60,000 bases of DNA from Malacoraja senta (lineage: Eukaryota), in assembly GCA_038087875.1 (NCBI GenBank), contig CM075987.1, positions 20,276,001 to 20,336,000 on the forward strand, given 5' to 3'. The notes beneath the pieces were generated by a model. It was given only the letters and a program-made list of their open reading frames with translations, ran no database searches and was not told the DNA's origin. Within the stretch, counting starts at the first letter, position 1. Every line of letters begins with the position of its first letter. A program made the position numbers and the translations under genes. Positions 55,980 through 60,000 of this stretch are shown piece after piece.

Positions 55980-57537
55980 TTAGTGTAGAAATAGCAGGGG
56001 CTATGACAGAAATATTTCAAATGTCATTAGAAACGGGAATAGTGCTGGAGGATTGGCGTACTGCGCATGTTGTTCCGTTGTTTAAAAAGGGTTCTAAGAG
56101 TAAACCTAGCAATTATAGACCTGTTAGTTTGACGTCAGTGGTGGGCAAATTAATGGAAAGGATACTTAAAGATAATATATATAAGCATCTGGATAAGCAG
56201 GGTCTGATTAGGAACAGTCAACATGGATTTGTGCCTGGAAGGTCATGTTTGACTAATCTTCTAGAATTTTTCGAAGAGGTTACTAGGGAAACTGATGAGG
56301 GTAAAGCAGAGGATGTTGTCTATATGGATGCCAGAGAGTAATGGTGGATGGCTGTTTGTCAGGTTGGAGGCCGGTGACTAGTGGGGTGCCTCGGGGGTCT
56401 GTGTTGGGTCCACTGTTGTTTGTCATGTACATCAATGATCTGGATGATGGTGTGGAAAATTGGATTAGTAAGTATGCAGATGGTACTAAGATAGGTGGTG
56501 TGGTGGATAATGAAGTAGATTTTCAAAGTCTACAGAGAGAGTTAGGCCATTTGGAAGAGTGGGCTGAAAGATGGCAGATGGAGTTTAATGGTGATAAATG
56601 TGAGGTACTACATCTCGGCAGGACAAATCAAAATAGGACGTACATGGTAAACGGTAGAGAATTGAGGAAGGTACACAAAAATGCTGGAGAAACTCAGCGG
56701 GTGCAGCAGCATCTATGGAGCGAAGGAAATAGGCAACGTTTCGGGCCGAAACCCTTCTTCAGACTCAATTCAGACTTCTTCAGAGAATTGAGGAATGCAG
56801 TTGAACAGAGGGATCTAGGAATAACTGTGCATAGTTCCCTGAAGGTGGAATCTCATGTAGATAGGGTGGTAAAGAAAGCTTTTGGGGTGCTGGCCTTTAT
56901 AAATCAGAGCATTGAATATAGAAGTTGGGATGTAATGTTAAAATTGTACAAGGCATTGATGAGGCCAATTCTGGAGTATGGAGTACAATTTTGGTCGCCT
57001 AATTATAGGAAGGATGTCAACAAAATAGAGAGAGTACAGAGGAGATTTACTAGAATGTTGCCTGGGTTTCAGCAACTAAGTTACAGAGAAAGGTTGAACA
57101 AGTTAGGTCTTTATTCTTTGGAGCGCAGAAGGTTAAGAGGGGACTTGATAGAGGTCTTTAAAATTATGAGCGGGTTAGACAGAGTTGACGTGGATAAGCT
57201 TTTTCCATTGAGAGTAGGGAAGATTCAAACAAGGGGACATGACTTGAGAATTAAGGGACAGAAGTTTAGGGGGAACATTAGGGGGAACTTCTTTACTCAG
57301 AGAGTGGTAGCTATGTGGAATGAGCTTCCAGTGGAAGTGGTGGAGGCTGGTTCGATTTTATCCTTTAAAAATAGATTGGATGGGTATATGGACGGGAAAG
57401 GAATGGAGAGTTATGGTCTGAGTGCAGGTAGATGGGACTAGGGGGAAGTATTTTTTTTTTTTTTTAAATTTAATGTTCGGCACGGACTTGAAGGGCCGAG
57501 ATGGCCTGTTTCCGTGCTGTAATGGTTATATGGTTAC
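55980..57537 (+). mobile_element. CR1 LINE, 5'-truncated, with an internal deletion (~56330) and a nested Penelope-type insertion
   Basis: RT motifs NYRPVSLTS, QHGF, GVPRGSVLGP, LEYGVQFW; ATGGTT-type tail. Confidence 0.92.
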
Positions 57538-59957
57538 ATCTCTCTGGTTAGAACTAATTGCACTTAATTGACATTCTTGTTTTCTTTTATATTTTCTTTT
57601 CAATTCAGACAACATTTGAGAAAGATACTCCATACATACCAACGCTACCCAATTGATTTTATTTTCATGCTGTGAAAACACAAGTTTTTCTTTCCAAATC
57701 TATACTGACAATTCCTGAATAGTCTCTCGAAATGTACATTAATTTCATCCCTAAATGGATTAGATGTTTTGACATACAGGAGATGATTTCCTAGTATACC
57801 CTGACTAAACAGTAGTACAACATTTGCCGCTCTGTAAATCCTTGTCACAATTCCTAGAATTTTTAGAAAATGATGATTGTTTTCTCTTATCTTACCTCTC
57901 TTTTTAGCATTTGGATTGCAGGCTGCTAAAAAAATATCATTTCTTAGTACAGAATGCTAACTTTCAAAGTGAAGGAAACAAATGATCATAAACATCACCA
58001 TGGAGATCACAAGTATCTTCACTGTTTTACTAGTTTTGAAACTAGACATTTTCTGGTGATGTGGTACTCACGAACATGAATACAGTTGATGAGAAGTTCA
58101 GGCTCTTGCAACATCTACTGTTGCCATTTTGAATGAACAGTACCAAATTCTCCAGTAAAAATTAATGAAGATCAATTTGATTCAATCATGATGTTCTTAA
58201 TTGGAAAACACATTTTTCCTGACACGACTACAGCAGTGACTGATCTATAAACATTTAGGTCTTTAACCATGTTTCAATTCAGAAGATTGTGTTTAGAAGA
58301 CAAAATCTATAATTTTGCTGCTGAGTATTTCATTTTGAACCTTGTATGCACAGTTCAAATACCATATATTTCATTTCAGTGAAATCTGGGTGATTTTTAT
58401 CATAGTGCTCTCTGGTGCAATTTAATTTTACTCCTTTATAATATTTCATTGTTATTGACACAGGGGTGTCCTGTACAAATATGAATAATATGACATGACA
58501 AGTGATGTTCATTTGTTTAGAAACAAAGGTGGACCAAAATGTTTCCAGTTCTTCAGAGATTGCAGTCCATAATCTGGAAAAGCAAACTGAATGTGCCTGC
58601 TGAAACACTGGTCAAGTCAAATGGAACTTCAGTGCAGCAGTAATGCAAATAAGGCAACTGACATATTTGTTTGAGGGAGTAAAGACTAAAATATCAGTTT
58701 TAACCTGTTTGCTACTGCAATGGAAAATATTTTCTGTGTATTTTTTATTTGATTTTTAAATATTAGCAGAGACCGATTATAGTAAAGGAAATAATATGGT
58801 TGGAACTGTTTCCATGTTTATGTTTTTAAAGAAAATAAATAGATAAGAACTCTTGCCTATTTTCCTAAGTTTGATAAAACAGCAATTGTTTGACCTGTTC
58901 TAGACAAGCTGACCTTTCATCCATGCTTCTTAACACAATATTTTTAAAGTAAAAAAACAGCATTCTCAGGATTCTTAGTGCCGGAGATAAAACGGGTGTT
59001 AGAGCCATGGGGCAGAGAATAGAGCTGCCTGTCAGAGATATCTAATTAGTTATGTGACCCTGCTTTTTGTTTCTTTTTTCTGATCTACAGTATTTTACGT
59101 TTTATATATTTGTTCAAACCCTTTTTGAAAATTACCATAATCTTCTTCAATCATGCTTTGACGAATAGCATCATCAAAGCTCCCTGCGTGGAAACTTTTT
59201 CACTCATTCCCATAAAGCCCCCAATAAAATTTGCAACCATTTTCAAATCATTCACTTCACTGTAAACATTCTGTAAACACACTGTAAAGAGCAAGTGATG
59301 TAAGCTCTTTGAAATAAAGTACTTTTTGAAAAAACCTACTTTTGATTAAAATATTGCATTACAAGTTTTTAATGTTCAAGAACTTCCGACTTAGACTTTT
59401 TTACGTTGTGTTTTTCTTTCTTTCTATTGTTCCCTGGTTCTCTCCTTTTTCAGCAATTAAGTGTGTTTATAATTTTATAGAAAAATGCCTTTTGACAAAC
59501 AGTTAATTTAGTAGACATAGTATTTCAATGAATGAACTTTTAATTCAAGGTTCAGTTGCCGCATTCAACAGGATCAGGCGTATGTCAAAAAAAACTATTT
59601 AAGGGAGAACAGTATTTTCCTCTTTATCAACAAATTTGATCATACAACAATTAATGATTTCTTTCCTTGTTATTTTTGAAAAGTTGCTGTGGTTACGTGA
59701 AATTCAGCAATCACTGCAGAGCACTGGAGCAGGTGTGGGTTGGTAGTCGTTGGTCGACATGGACTGGATGGGCCGAAAGGCCTGATTCCATGCTGTATCT
59801 CTAAACTAAACTAAGATTATAATTCACTGTGGTTTCTGATATGTTAAACTCTAATCTGAAAATGAGAGTTGTCATCAATAGCATTAGCAGTTTTCTTAAT
59901 GGTGCTTTTAAGTTTATTTTCTGCAACATGTTAATGTTTTCTACACTTCATTTTCAG

Positions 59958-60000
59958 ACAGTAATCTAAGGTTGTTTGTGAATAGAGATGGAACTACAGC
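59958..60000 (+). CDS. FAM102A: FAM102A coding exon, runs off the window end
   Basis: ttttcag|ACAGT...; (D)SNLRLFVNRDGTTA matches recalled FAM102A DSNLRLFVSRDG. Confidence 0.92.

Overview
Vertebrate genomic DNA, almost certainly from a cartilaginous fish and probably a skate or ray (inferred from HER1/CR1 LINEs, HE1 V-SINEs and the other repeats present). The whole window lies inside one plus-strand host gene, FAM102A/EEIG1 (NT-C2 domain protein). Nine GT-AG coding exons between 26958 and 60000 splice into one open frame; the first coding exon and the final part lie outside the window. The introns are packed with transposon debris: CR1, Rex1/Babar, L1, an IR/DR Tc1, a PIF/Harbinger MITE, several unclassified TIR elements and HE1 SINEs. 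The two most interesting signals are RNA structures. (1) A 144-bp TSD-flanked retroposon at 20781-20924 (minus strand) begins, exactly at its 5' nucleotide, with a 54-nt CPEB3-like HDV ribozyme fold and ends in a GAA tail. (2) An abundant short Penelope-type repeat carries a minimal hammerhead-ribozyme core (CUGAAGA...GAAAC-GUC); it often inserts as inverted pairs with long TSDs and templated junctions. Also notable are a templated 24-bp patch replacing a Tc1 catalytic motif, a TIR element with a 7-bp TSD, and a candidate alternative terminal exon. Repeat boundaries were read by eye and are approximate unless a TSD or TIR is cited.
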